A DNA stretch of 64,000 nt from a candidate division WWE3 bacterium RIFOXYC1_FULL_40_10 (GCA_001773215.1 MEWB01000001.1:151108-215107); one strand, 5' to 3'; shown: positions 1 to 9,749, counted from the first letter of the stretch. Translations and numbers: made by a program. Notes: generated by a model not told the origin, from the letters alone.

Positions 1-449
1 GCGAAGTTGTCTATATAGTGCCAACCGGCTCCCGTTGCGTCTATTTTAATCGATTTTGTTGCATATTGAGGTAAATATATTGCAGAATCCCGCGTATAGA
101 TGGCACCGGTATCCGGGGAGAGGGAATTCCATCCCTGGGTTTGAATGTTTGATGTGGGGTCAAAAGTTTCGAAAGAAGGATTTGTCGCCAGGTTCAGTGT
201 GTTGCTGAATGTCGTTGTTTGCCATATTCCCGAATCAACTTTGTAATTAACCGTTTTAACCCCGCTTTCAAGATCAGAGGCAGACAACGTGAAGGTAACA
301 GGGGTTACATACCATCCATTATTTCCGTTTGGCGAACCGGGATCTAAAGTAAGGGTAGATACCGGAGGTGTTATATCTGCGGCGTACACTTTAAAAGCAA
401 AAATTGCCGGTAAAAAGGATATAACAGCTAAAAATAATTTCTTGAGCAT
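1..449 (-). CDS. Secreted/surface protein with Ig-like and probable carbohydrate-binding domains (partial, runs off window start)
   Basis: Hand translation from ATG 449: MLKKLFLAVISFLPAIFAFKVYAA (signal peptide), then DITPPVSTLTLDPGSPNGNNGWYVTPVTFTLSASDLESGV and NLATNPSFE motifs; absent from the ORF track because no stop is in the window. Confidence 0.7.
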   Translation of the reverse strand, partial: MLKKLFLAVISFLPAIFAFKVYAADITPPVSTLTLDPGSPNGNNGWYVTPVTFTLSASDLESGVKTVNYKVDSGIWQTTTFSNTLNLATNPSFETFDPTSNIQTQGWNSLSPDTGAIYTRDSAIYLPQYATKSIKIDATGAGWHYIDNF

Positions 450-502
450 TATGTATATGATAGAGCAAAATGAACAAATTGCTAACAATAAGTTGTTTCT
501 CA

Positions 503-1576
503 TTAAGATTTTTGTTCAATCATGTCAGCAGTGAGAACTGCCATCCTTTTCATCATTTCGTACAATCCGAGGCCTTTTTTTCTGTCTCCAGTCCTTGGTG
601 CAGCGAATCTTCCTCCGGCATAGTGATAATAGTTATAAATAGAGTCTGGATCTAGTAGCTCGTTATTATGTGCGAGTATGGATAAGTGGTGTCTTAATTC
701 TTCTGGGTTAAGTCTGGTAACATTGTATGGGAATATCAGTTCCCCGCCATTATTATTGTACTCAGCAGCTAATTCTTTAAGTAGGCTTTCCTCAGTAGTG
801 GCTTTGCTCATTTCTATGTCAAGCATCCGTATTTCTATCAATTTGTTAAACTCTTCTCTTTGAAGCTGTTTAGCGAGAAAGGCAAGGGATTCCTTTAAAT
901 CTGAATTATTCAATTCCTCTATAAATTCTTTCGTACGTTTGAATACTCTTGCGTCTACAACCAATTTTTGTTCTGGATCTCTGTACCAGAAAGGTCCATG
1001 GCTATTCTCAAATTGATAAGTTCCCTCTGGATTCGTGCCATATATTTTGTTCAGTTCGGCTAAAGCCCCGTTGAGTGTAGCGCCTGTATCCTTAAACTCG
1101 TCAACTATCAGTACTTTCTCGTCGGGGGAGATTTGTAACATCTTTGTCATCATGGATGCAGTTTCGGGGTTTCTGATTTTCCAAGGATCGTCAGTTTTTC
1201 CCAAATCCATAAACCTAACTTTAGGCGGAACGAACCCTTCAGGAAGCAGTTGCCTAGTAGTTAATTGTTCCACCAACTGCCTATATAAGTAAGCTCCAGG
1301 TCTTCCCGATTTATCTAGGAAAATCAGTGTGTCGTAGGGATCCCCATGTTTGAATTCGTTAAGGGTCTTGTTAATAAGGCGGATTGTTCCTGGGAGCATG
1401 TATTCGGACTCGTTGATTTCTTGACTACCCCTGTTAAAGGAGTCATCATGGAATCCCCACCATTTGCCATAGTTTTTCTTCATTTCTCTTTCAATTAGCT
1501 CGATGTTATCGTGAGCCAGATACAATTCCGGTGCATCTCTTTCTGCAGTAATCTGCGATATCGCCTCTGAAATCAT
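503..1576 (-). CDS. Hypothetical protein with phosphoribosyltransferase-like motif
   Basis: 357 aa; KVLIVDEFKDTGATL resembles the type I PRTase PRPP-binding loop. Confidence 0.55.
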   Translation of the reverse strand: MISEAISQITAERDAPELYLAHDNIELIEREMKKNYGKWWGFHDDSFNRGSQEINESEYMLPGTIRLINKTLNEFKHGDPYDTLIFLDKSGRPGAYLYRQLVEQLTTRQLLPEGFVPPKVRFMDLGKTDDPWKIRNPETASMMTKMLQISPDEKVLIVDEFKDTGATLNGALAELNKIYGTNPEGTYQFENSHGPFWYRDPEQKLVVDARVFKRTKEFIEELNNSDLKESLAFLAKQLQREEFNKLIEIRMLDIEMSKATTEESLLKELAAEYNNNGGELIFPYNVTRLNPEELRHHLSILAHNNELLDPDSIYNYYHYAGGRFAAPRTGDRKKGLGLYEMMKRMAVLTADMIEQKS

Positions 1577-1683
1577 AATGGTAGTATACGTAGTTTTATT
1601 GGTGTACTCAAGGTATCACAGAACATGGTAATTATCTTACGGTCAAAGCACTTTTACCGCGTTTATTTGTGTATAATTTACAC

Positions 1684-1950
1684 ATGCCCAATGAAGGTAA
1701 AGAACATAGCTGGTTGGTAGATCCTGAGCGCGCGAAATTGATTACCCCGGAGAGGGGATATGGTACTAGACTCGCGGCTTATTTAGAAACTACCGAAGCA
1801 GTAATCAAAGAGATTCGAAAAAGAAACGATGCATCTCCCATAAAGTTGCTAATCCAAGTAGTAGATTCCTATAGAAAAGCAACCTATGATATTGTCGATA
1901 CCCCGTTGAGTGGGGAAGACGTTAGAATCCGCAAAATTATAGAAGGGTAA
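1684..1950 (+). CDS. Hypothetical protein
   Basis: ATG 1684 lies 6 nt after TATAAT (1672-1677); 88 aa. Confidence 0.55.
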   Translation: MPNEGKEHSWLVDPERAKLITPERGYGTRLAAYLETTEAVIKEIRKRNDASPIKLLIQVVDSYRKATYDIVDTPLSGEDVRIRKIIEG

Positions 1951-1966
1951 ATTTAGTCTTTAATAT

Positions 1967-3247
1967 ATGCCAAAACAGGAGGAAGAAATAATTGGAGTAG
2001 AAGAACCTGAGGTCGTAACCACTGTGGCTGAAGAGTATGATGTTGAGGATGACGAGGAACACACTTGGACATTAGTCACTTCAGGGCGTTTATTTGAAGA
2101 AGGAGAAGTTGATACAGTGGATCTAGAGTTCTTACAAAAGCGTAGGTATTCGGTAATAGAGTACAAGGACAATGAAACCGGGGAAACGCTTAAAGTTATT
2201 AGATTCAAGCATACTCAGCAACTACCTGTGGATTTGCCGGCGGGATTTGGTTTCAAAGGTGGTGTGGCTAGGAATGTAGTATTAAGTGAGTTAGGAGATC
2301 GTGTGTTGCCTCCCAGAGATATCGACATTGTCGCTATTTCAGACCAGTCCCCGGATGTATCAAAGTCAAAGGAGCTAGAACAAAAATATATGGCATATGA
2401 TGCCAAGCATGGTTATGGTGTTGAAACTGAGAGTCTGGCTCACTATCTAGAAACAAGAGATTTTGGCATGAATGAAGTTGCAGTTGTAGGTGAAGACGTG
2501 TATATGACATTGGATGCCTTAAGTGATCTTAGGAATAAGATAATCTGGCCTACTAATTTTGAGAAAGAGACTTGGTACGACAAAAAACGTGATGAGAGAG
2601 GTGGTATTGGACCCAAGCTTGTAATGAAGTCGCTCAGACTATATAGCGAAATGTGCTGTATGTATGGCAAAAGCGAAATAAAAGGGGTTGGGGACTGGCA
2701 GTTTGATTCTAGGGAGATACCGTTCTTTCACATAGCACTTCAGCTGGATAAGGCTTTTGAGAATGGTGACACTGTAGCGGTAGCTTTTTTTAGGGCGTTG
2801 CTTTTGAAAGGGATAGTCGTTCAGAGCGAGTTAGCCCCTCCGGGATCCCTAAGGGCAGATTCATCGGTTGAGTTAGCAATAAGGTTGCGTTATCGGCTAG
2901 ATAACTTCACCTTTAGATCTAAACCGGAGTTGACCGGCCCCTTGGATTATTATTATAGTTATTTGGCGCATTTTAAGGATAGTGACAGTAAAATATTGGA
3001 TACAAGTCATTTGAGTGGAGTGGACAGAAGGTACTTAGAAGAAAATATTGGCACTTTTCCGTTGCCCGATTTTAGTGAAGATACTTATTCTTATGCTAGG
3101 GAGTTGGAAGATTGGAAAAGGGGGTCAGAAGTAAGAAGACAGACTTTTGCAGAGCTTCCCGGCCCTATGGAATCGGCTTTTCTTGAGGCTATGAGGGTTA
3201 AAGAAGCTGAAGAAAAAGGTGATAGACCGAAAAGAAATTTTAGTTGA
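1967..3247 (+). CDS. Divergent class II (CCA/poly(A) polymerase-like) nucleotidyltransferase
   Basis: FKGGVARN..PPRDIDIV and TRDFGMNEVA parallel the GGxVRD/DxD/RRDxTIN head motifs. Confidence 0.6.
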   Translation: MPKQEEEIIGVEEPEVVTTVAEEYDVEDDEEHTWTLVTSGRLFEEGEVDTVDLEFLQKRRYSVIEYKDNETGETLKVIRFKHTQQLPVDLPAGFGFKGGVARNVVLSELGDRVLPPRDIDIVAISDQSPDVSKSKELEQKYMAYDAKHGYGVETESLAHYLETRDFGMNEVAVVGEDVYMTLDALSDLRNKIIWPTNFEKETWYDKKRDERGGIGPKLVMKSLRLYSEMCCMYGKSEIKGVGDWQFDSREIPFFHIALQLDKAFENGDTVAVAFFRALLLKGIVVQSELAPPGSLRADSSVELAIRLRYRLDNFTFRSKPELTGPLDYYYSYLAHFKDSDSKILDTSHLSGVDRRYLEENIGTFPLPDFSEDTYSYARELEDWKRGSEVRRQTFAELPGPMESAFLEAMRVKEAEEKGDRPKRNFS

Positions 3248-3254
3248 TATAAGC

Positions 3255-3306
3255 TATAATCATCCCCATGAGTTTATCAGTTGGAATGCACAGTACGCAA
3301 CCGTAA
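3255..3306 (+). pseudogene. ychF: Native ychF promoter and 5' remnant (attL)
   Basis: TATAAT 3255-3260; ATG AGT TTA TCA GTT GGA AT (MSLSVG-I) from 3268 joins GGAAT-CATTGGATTGCCT at 13731 to give MSLSVGIIGLPNVGKS; in situ it reads MSLSVGMHSTQP-stop. Confidence 0.85.
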
Positions 3307-3512
3307 TTTTGAACAACCCTGTTTTTACGCCTTCTTTTGTTTCCTATAAATCTTTATTTTTAATTGATGAACCTGGAATAGTCCGTATTCCTTTTGAAAA
3401 AACTATTGTATTACCTGAGCCTAGAAAGGGTAGGGTAATTGTTGAGCGGGATGTGTTAGGAAGGATTGTGCATTCAAAAGTTCCCCAGATGTCTAGACAA
3501 CTGAAACTGTAA
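3285..3512 (+). CDS. Detached C-terminal segment of the serine integrase (in frame after excision); part of ORF 3219-3512
   Basis: Codon AAT 3285-3287 corresponds to integrase codon N527 (13733-13735); 74 further open codons AQYATVILNN...RQLKL. Confidence 0.75.
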   Translation, partial: NAQYATVILNNPVFTPSFVSYKSLFLIDEPGIVRIPFEKTIVLPEPRKGRVIVERDVLGRIVHSKVPQMSRQLKL

Positions 3513-3530
3513 CTCATATACTATTAGGTA

Positions 3531-3704
3531 ATGGAGTATAAAATAATCAATAAGAATAATAATAAAAACAGGATTTCACGCTTAAACAAAGAGCTTCAAA
3601 CCTATAAAGAATACTTGCAGGCACTTACAAACCAATCCCATCTTTTGATTTCAAGATTGCAAAATAAAGAAAAACAAAAGGAGACTTTATCTAAGAAAGG
3701 TTAA
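3531..3704 (+). CDS. Small hypothetical protein (57 aa, helical)
   Basis: Hand translation MEYKIINKNNNKNRISRLNKELQTYKEYLQALTNQ...; fills the gap just before moxR. Confidence 0.4.
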   Translation: MEYKIINKNNNKNRISRLNKELQTYKEYLQALTNQSHLLISRLQNKEKQKETLSKKG

Positions 3705-3710
3705 GAAATT

Positions 3711-5555
3711 ATGCCACAAAATCCTGCTCCAGAAGCTCAAGGACAAGAAAAGTTACCTGAAGACTTAAAGGAAGTTTTAGGTGAGGGTGCTGCTGTACAT
3801 GACGAAGCAACTTCTATGATTCATGCAAACATGGGGGGGGCTATAAAAATGGCAGAGACAACTCTTGGAGAAGATGCAAAACCAGAGTTGGAAGCCATGA
3901 AGGAGCTAGCAGACAGAGCATCCGAAGCAAGAAGTGCATTTGAAACGAGAGCAGAAAGATTAAGCTCGCCTTATGTTGTATCCCCAGAACTACAAAAAAC
4001 ATTAAGAATAGCTACCGTTTTGAAAAAACCATTACTACTTGAGGGTGAACCTGGTACTGGAAAGACATCTTTAGCTTACGCATTAGCAGGAGAGGAAGAC
4101 CTTCCTTTAATACATTGTCGAGGTAAGAGTACATTAACTGCTCAATCTGTAATGTACGAAATAGATTATGTTGCCAGATTGAATGATGCGACCCTCACTC
4201 AAGCTATTCCAGAAAATATGCGAGCAGAAGCGGGAAAATGGGAAAGTTATTTGAAAGCAGGAAATGACCCCAACAGCACCGAATTTCAGGGATTTATGCG
4301 TGGTCTCGATAATGCTGCAAGACTCCTAAATTTAGGCAGGGTGTCGGATGTACGCAACTACATTAGTTACGGCGAGCTTGGCGAAGCAATAATTAGAGGT
4401 TCAAGAGGTGAAAAAGTAATTTTGCTTTTTGATGAGGTTGATAAAGCTAAAAGAGAGTTTCCTAACGATTTGCTTGATGAGTTGGAACACATGACTATGC
4501 GTATTCGGGAGACAGGGGAGGAAGTTAGTTCGCCCAGGGAAAACATTGTTGTTGTAATAACCTCTAACCATGAAAGAGATTTGCCAGAGCCATTTTTAAG
4601 AAGATGTGTCTACAGCTATTTGGAATTTCCAAAACCAGACCAACTAACGGAAATAGTCAAAGCTCATATACCAGATGTGGAAGAAAAGCTTTTACGAAGT
4701 GCTGTTACAAGATTTTATGAAATAAGGGAAACGCAAGGCTTGCAAAAACCTCCTTCCACTTCAGAAATGTTGGATTGGGTAAAAGTATTGATGGAATTTG
4801 GTATTGAAGAAGTTGGTGGTGCAACGCCACTTCCAGAAGCAGTATTAAAAATAAAAGAAGACATGGACTTAGTTAGAAAACGGGAAAAAGAAACACGAAC
4901 AGGTGTATACGAAGCTGATGATTATGATGAGTTTTCAGTTTTAGAGGCGTACGAAATGGAAACGGCAGCGATTGAAGCCTTACGAGGAAGCAGGGTAGTT
5001 AACTTCAAGGGTGAGGAATACTACAGAGACAGACCTTCCTCGGAACTACTGATGGCACTTGCTAACGGGGGAGTAGCATTTAAGTATTCTGAAAGAGATA
5101 GAGAACCTTTTGAGATACTTGTGGATGGCGTGAAAATGGTTGCTCCTATGACTTTTGTATTCCCTCATAGACTTAGTGCTGAAGAACTTGCTTTATCTAC
5201 AGACGAAATACTTCAGAGGCAACAGGATAAACCAGAAGGTGAAAGAATGGGTAGAAGGCAGATAATCCAGGAAAAAAAGGCTAGCAGACTCCTAGCAGCT
5301 TTGGAAGAAGGCAAATTAGTTGCAGGAGAGTTTGTAGTAACCGAGCAGCCAGTTGCATTTACGGGTGTCGAAACATCTAATCAGTACTTTGTTAAAGGTA
5401 AAGATGCTTCTGGTAGAACTATATTTAGAACATCGGATGGCAAGTATATTTATGAAAAATCTACTAGTGAGGTGTCCAGCGAACCATCTGACGAAGATTT
5501 ATTAGGTTCAGCAACACTCAAGAAGCTTTCCTTTGACGATGAAGACGAAAAGTGA
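3711..5555 (+). CDS. MoxR-family (CoxD-like) AAA+ ATPase with N- and C-terminal extensions
   Basis: Walker A LLLEGEPGTGKT, Walker B LLFDEVDK, ITSNHERDLPEPFLRRC, KPPSTSEMLDW. Confidence 0.9.
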   Translation: MPQNPAPEAQGQEKLPEDLKEVLGEGAAVHDEATSMIHANMGGAIKMAETTLGEDAKPELEAMKELADRASEARSAFETRAERLSSPYVVSPELQKTLRIATVLKKPLLLEGEPGTGKTSLAYALAGEEDLPLIHCRGKSTLTAQSVMYEIDYVARLNDATLTQAIPENMRAEAGKWESYLKAGNDPNSTEFQGFMRGLDNAARLLNLGRVSDVRNYISYGELGEAIIRGSRGEKVILLFDEVDKAKREFPNDLLDELEHMTMRIRETGEEVSSPRENIVVVITSNHERDLPEPFLRRCVYSYLEFPKPDQLTEIVKAHIPDVEEKLLRSAVTRFYEIRETQGLQKPPSTSEMLDWVKVLMEFGIEEVGGATPLPEAVLKIKEDMDLVRKREKETRTGVYEADDYDEFSVLEAYEMETAAIEALRGSRVVNFKGEEYYRDRPSSELLMALANGGVAFKYSERDREPFEILVDGVKMVAPMTFVFPHRLSAEELALSTDEILQRQQDKPEGERMGRRQIIQEKKASRLLAALEEGKLVAGEFVVTEQPVAFTGVETSNQYFVKGKDASGRTIFRTSDGKYIYEKSTSEVSSEPSDEDLLGSATLKKLSFDDEDEK

Positions 5556-5576
5556 AAAGTTTCCTAAGGGCTTCAA

Positions 5577-7382
5577 ATGAGTGAAAAATTTACACCAGAA
5601 CCAGAAGTTCCTCAAGAAGAACCCTTAGCAAGCAAGGGTAAACCTGAAGTTTCAGTAAAGCTACCAGAATCCCCAGACATTAAAATCGATATTGAAAAAA
5701 AAGAAATAATAATCCTTTCCGAAGGTACTGAAACTGGTGAAAAAAGGCATCCTTTTCAAGAGTTTATGTATCACCTAAGGGGTGAAGGTATAAGAGTTTC
5801 CACAGGAGAGTGGCTAGACCTACAAACGCTGCTTGCGGCTGGAGAAGTACAGAGTTTGGACGAGCTTTATGTAGTAGCAAGAGCAGTTTTAGTTAAGGAT
5901 GCAGTTAATTATCCAAAATATGATGTAGCTTTTGGAAAACTTTTTTATGGTATAGAACCTCCAAGCGAGGAGGAAGAAGAAAATGAGGATAGCTATGATG
6001 AGCAAAATGATTACGATGACCCGCAAGACGGTACTGAATCTGAGGATGCTTTAAGGGAAAAGGCAGAGGTTGAAGAAAAAGAGAAAAAGGAAAAATCTGA
6101 ACCAAGCGAACCTGAAACAGACAAAGAAGCGGAGGAGGATGATGCTGAGGATAAGGAAGCAGAAAAGAAGGAGAAGAAAAAAGAGGAAGAAAAAAAGAAA
6201 CCAATACAAAAAGAAAAAGAGGATATTGATGAAGTCGAGGAAGCGACTTCTAAAACGACAGAAGATAAGCATGGTGGCGATGAGGCGACTAAGGATATTG
6301 AAGATTCACCTAACCCTGCTGATGAGGGCAAGAACAAGGAAAACAAAGGTGCTGAAAAAGGCGAGGATGGTTCGGAAGGTAAAGGCGAAGGTGAGGGTGG
6401 TGAAAAGAAGACGAAGAAAGGTACTGTTGGCGAAGGGGGTAAAAATAAAAGTGGTATGGGGAAAGAAGGTGAGGGCGAAGAAGAGGAGGAAACAGACGAA
6501 GCTGATGAAACAGATGAAAAAAAAGAAAGCAAAAAAGGAACTGGTAAATCTGGAGGAGGCGGGGGTAAACACAAAAAGAAATCAAAGGAAAGTGTTATGC
6601 GTGCTAGCGGTAAAGGAGGTTACGCATCTGCGAGAGAACGAGTTCAACAGAGGGAATACGAGGAGCTTAGAGATGATAGGACTCTTGGCTATGAGCAGTT
6701 CGGTAGAGCTTTATCTAAATTACGCACAATTGTACAGGAAACTACTTCTGCCAAAACTAGGACATTAGATGCCAGAGCTACAGTAAGAGCTATTGCCGAG
6801 CATGCAGGGACTCCAGAGCTGCTGTGGAAGGAAGAAGTGGAGGAGAAGCCTAGTGTAGTGCTTTTATTTGATGTTGGTGGGAGCACAGACGAATACAGAC
6901 CCATTCTTGAAAAACTATTTTCAGCAGCAAAAGACCATTTAGAAGGTTTAGAGGTCTATTATTTCCACAATGCTATCTATGGTGAGGTATGGCCGCAGAA
7001 AGATGGCAATTGGGGTAAGCACTTTGTGCCAGTATCCGATATTTTGAAAAAAGATTCTTCCACAAAGTTTATTATTATTGGCGATGCTTGGATGGCTGAC
7101 AGCGATGCAATGAATGGTGGTCTTCACGACTCTTATTTGGACTTAGACCCAGATGCAAAAAAGACTGAGCCTTGTTATAGGTGGACAGGACTCGAAAACT
7201 TTCAAGCAATAACCGAAGCTTTTCCAGCAACTGTGTGGGTAAATCCTATTTTAGAAAAACACCGAGACGATGCAGACGATTCTGGAACAATAGCGGATGT
7301 AGAAAGAGTTATTACTATGTATGACCTGAGTTTAAGAGGTATAGAAGCGGCAGTTAAGAAACTTATGGAAGAGGAACAGTAG
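5577..7382 (+). CDS. VWA-domain (CoxE-like) partner with long charged low-complexity insert
   Basis: MIDAS-like LLFDVGGST, YYFHN, IIGDA, VWVNP; adjacent to moxR. Confidence 0.85.
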   Translation: MSEKFTPEPEVPQEEPLASKGKPEVSVKLPESPDIKIDIEKKEIIILSEGTETGEKRHPFQEFMYHLRGEGIRVSTGEWLDLQTLLAAGEVQSLDELYVVARAVLVKDAVNYPKYDVAFGKLFYGIEPPSEEEEENEDSYDEQNDYDDPQDGTESEDALREKAEVEEKEKKEKSEPSEPETDKEAEEDDAEDKEAEKKEKKKEEEKKKPIQKEKEDIDEVEEATSKTTEDKHGGDEATKDIEDSPNPADEGKNKENKGAEKGEDGSEGKGEGEGGEKKTKKGTVGEGGKNKSGMGKEGEGEEEEETDEADETDEKKESKKGTGKSGGGGGKHKKKSKESVMRASGKGGYASARERVQQREYEELRDDRTLGYEQFGRALSKLRTIVQETTSAKTRTLDARATVRAIAEHAGTPELLWKEEVEEKPSVVLLFDVGGSTDEYRPILEKLFSAAKDHLEGLEVYYFHNAIYGEVWPQKDGNWGKHFVPVSDILKKDSSTKFIIIGDAWMADSDAMNGGLHDSYLDLDPDAKKTEPCYRWTGLENFQAITEAFPATVWVNPILEKHRDDADDSGTIADVERVITMYDLSLRGIEAAVKKLMEEEQ

Positions 7383-7455
7383 AAACCCAAGTTTGTCGTT
7401 ATAACCACTATAAGATATAATACCCCTTACAAAACTGCATTTCCTATCAAAAATC

Positions 7456-7869
7456 ATGGAGGAAAGAATGGAAGACACAATTGGTGTTTTATGCCCATTC
7501 ACAGGCAAGGGAAACCTTCCTGTGCCGACTAGCCCTGTGTGGGCGGGCAGCGTGCCAGGTGAGAACATCTGGTACTTTAGTCATGACGAAGTGGAATCGG
7601 ATGGTCTGGCTGATGCTGTTGGACACCTCATGGGTGAAGAGACGGATATTCGCAAGACTATGCGTTGCATTGAAGCCCTTCAAAATAGTGGCAACTTGCA
7701 ACGAGTTGGAGAGTGGTGGTTTTTGCGTTTGCCGCAGCTTCCACGCCTTGAACTTCCAAGCGTTGCCGATATTGTGCTTGCTGTAGCTGACGGTACAGAC
7801 ATTGTGAGTGAAACACGCTCCAAGTTTGAAACCTACGCTCAGCAGCTCCAAACGGCATTGACGCAATAA
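7456..7869 (+). CDS. Hypothetical protein
   Basis: 137 aa, co-oriented with neighbours, followed by a terminator. Confidence 0.55.
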   Translation: MEERMEDTIGVLCPFTGKGNLPVPTSPVWAGSVPGENIWYFSHDEVESDGLADAVGHLMGEETDIRKTMRCIEALQNSGNLQRVGEWWFLRLPQLPRLELPSVADIVLAVADGTDIVSETRSKFETYAQQLQTALTQ

Positions 7870-7910
7870 GGACTAAATCCAAAGGCCAAGAACACATCCA
7901 GTCCGCTTGA

Positions 7911-7960
7911 AGAAGAGCCTGTTAAGGGTAAAAAAACCTTTCGCAGGCTCTTTCTGTTTT
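7911..7960 (+). terminator. Intrinsic terminator
   Basis: AAGAGCCTG...CAGGCTCTT stem followed by TCTGTTTT. Confidence 0.65.
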
Positions 7961-7982
7961 ATGTAGGTGTTAAAATATATGT

Positions 7983-8465
7983 ATGCGAAGGCTTACTGAA
8001 AAGCAACAAAAATTTATTGAAAAGTTAAATGCTGGTATTACACCTGTAGTTGCCGCCGAAGACTTGTACCGTTGTAAAAATCGTAATGTAGCCAGAGTCA
8101 TAGCGTCAAAAAATGTTAATCATCCTGTTATCTTTGAAAAAGTACGAGATGCTTTAGATTATCCTGGTTCAAAAGCTAGGGTAGAGCATATTGTAAAGGT
8201 AATTGAAGATGGTTTAACTGCTAACAAGACCATCATTACGAGGGTAGGGGACTTAGTGGAAGTACCAGACCACAAAACACGCTTGTATGCAGCACAGCTA
8301 GCTTTAAGAGTTCGTGGCGAACTTAAAGATATTATTGTTGATAACACATCTCATGATATTCATGTAAGTTTTAAGCTAATAAAAGCCAGAAGTCCTGAGG
8401 AAGTAGCCAGAGCAATGGGTAATACGAATACCAGGGCAGCAATACTGGAAGGTGAAACTAGTTAA
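7983..8465 (+). CDS. Terminase small subunit-like protein
   Basis: N-terminus LTEKQQKFIE...AAEDLY...ARVIASKNVNHPVI resembles the Terminase_2 HTH; TAAAAT at 7971-7976. Confidence 0.65.
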   Translation: MRRLTEKQQKFIEKLNAGITPVVAAEDLYRCKNRNVARVIASKNVNHPVIFEKVRDALDYPGSKARVEHIVKVIEDGLTANKTIITRVGDLVEVPDHKTRLYAAQLALRVRGELKDIIVDNTSHDIHVSFKLIKARSPEEVARAMGNTNTRAAILEGETS

Positions 8466-8784
8466 TAAACGGTTAATGCTTACTTCCAGGACATCCCTTA
8501 AAAGGGTTACCTTGCCTGTGTGTTTTATTTTTCTTTCCCAGAACCATGTCGTTATTCGATGCTTATACGACATCTTTGTATTGAGGCAAATGCTGTAATA
8601 TCAAGCAAAAACAGTTGTACTCATGCGTCTTCTGTGTAACACACCTCTGATTTAATCTCATAGTGTGTGTTTTTGCTTTACGCTTTTGGGCTTGAGGGGT
8701 GTCACGCCGCCGCCGAGCGTTGATGAGCGTATGAGAAGAAAAAATCCGAAACCATAGGTATAATGTCTTCACATAAACATAAAT

Positions 8785-9429
8785 ATGAGTATAAACACAG
8801 ATAAATATAAAATAGTACCGCATGCAGCAGTCTTACTGGTGCAAAAAATACTGGAGAAGACAGAACCTCTTGCTGATACCAATGTGATATATCTTGAGCA
8901 TGTTTCCAGACAGCAGCAGAATACCTCTAAAACCTTTGTTTACGACAGTAGAAGCACAATAGAGTACTTGTACGGTGTTGGCATACTCCATGAGATTCGC
9001 CGAATAAAAAATGATGGTAGAACAGTAGAAGATTGGAAATACAAAGTCCATTTTTATAGAAGTAAGGCAATCGATTTTCTTCAAAATCTACCACTAGACG
9101 AAAACATTTACGAAATAACCTACGATGACCACATGCGTGAGATAAAAATAAACGGGAAACTTTTGACCAAGACATACTTTGGCAGCGATACGGATATGCT
9201 GTTTGAGCATGTTTACACTCATCCTGGCATACTATTGGGAAAAACTAGTATAGAGGTGGCAATCGACCAGAAGATGCGTACTTTAGCTGCAATTGTAAAA
9301 GACTTAAAATTTGTGGGTGTTTATAGAGAAGTATTTTTCCCTGTGGTTACTAAAACCCAGATTAAGTTCGTCAATCCTATTACCAGGCGTTATGCCTTAG
9401 AGAACCATCTTCCATCATTACCCTTATAA
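8785..9429 (+). CDS. Hypothetical protein, possible C-terminal winged-helix DNA-binding domain
   Basis: 214 aa; TATAAT at 8759-8764; domain call is by resemblance only. Confidence 0.55.
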   Translation: MSINTDKYKIVPHAAVLLVQKILEKTEPLADTNVIYLEHVSRQQQNTSKTFVYDSRSTIEYLYGVGILHEIRRIKNDGRTVEDWKYKVHFYRSKAIDFLQNLPLDENIYEITYDDHMREIKINGKLLTKTYFGSDTDMLFEHVYTHPGILLGKTSIEVAIDQKMRTLAAIVKDLKFVGVYREVFFPVVTKTQIKFVNPITRRYALENHLPSLPL

Positions 9430-9430
9430 A

Positions 9431-9460
9431 TCAGTTTATGTGGTTTTATGCGAGTTTGTG
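9431..9460 (+). repeat. Three imperfect 10-bp tandem repeats
   Basis: TCAGTTTATG / TGGTTTTATG / CGAGTTTGTG. Confidence 0.55.
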
Positions 9461-9503
9461 CGTATTGGCTCACTAACCCCTTTCTATATGTGATTCTGGT
9501 TAC

Positions 9504-9749
9504 ATGGATAAGGCAGAATCAACATTATATAAGACTTCGACATTACCCCTAGCGGTATGCCTGTCCTTAATTTATCCCTTGAAATCAATTGAAAAAGGTA
9601 GCGACAGAAATCTGGTTTTTGTATTTGAAGAAACCAAGGACTTGCTTGATTCCATTGAACTTTATTGGAACAAACAGCTCCAAGTTGAACCGCAGTCATT
9701 TTTCTCCAGAATGCGGGAACTGAAAGCGAGGCTTTATGAACAGGTGTAA
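9504..9749 (+). CDS. DUF5659-like small protein (putative DNA-binding)
   Basis: YKTSTLPLAVCL...LVFVFEET...YWNKQLQVEPQSFFSRMRELKARLY pattern. Confidence 0.65.
   Translation: MDKAESTLYKTSTLPLAVCLSLIYPLKSIEKGSDRNLVFVFEETKDLLDSIELYWNKQLQVEPQSFFSRMRELKARLYEQV

Noticed and set aside
5905-6768. Several overlapping ORFs (6070-6768 Lys/Arg-rich; 6011-6574 Ser/Phe-rich and others)
   Set aside because: Shadow frames of the GA-rich low-complexity insert in the VWA gene
8752-8758. CCATAGG matching the right junction as an alternative attL
   Set aside because: It does not restore a ychF start and gives no attP symmetry; the 3283 junction does both
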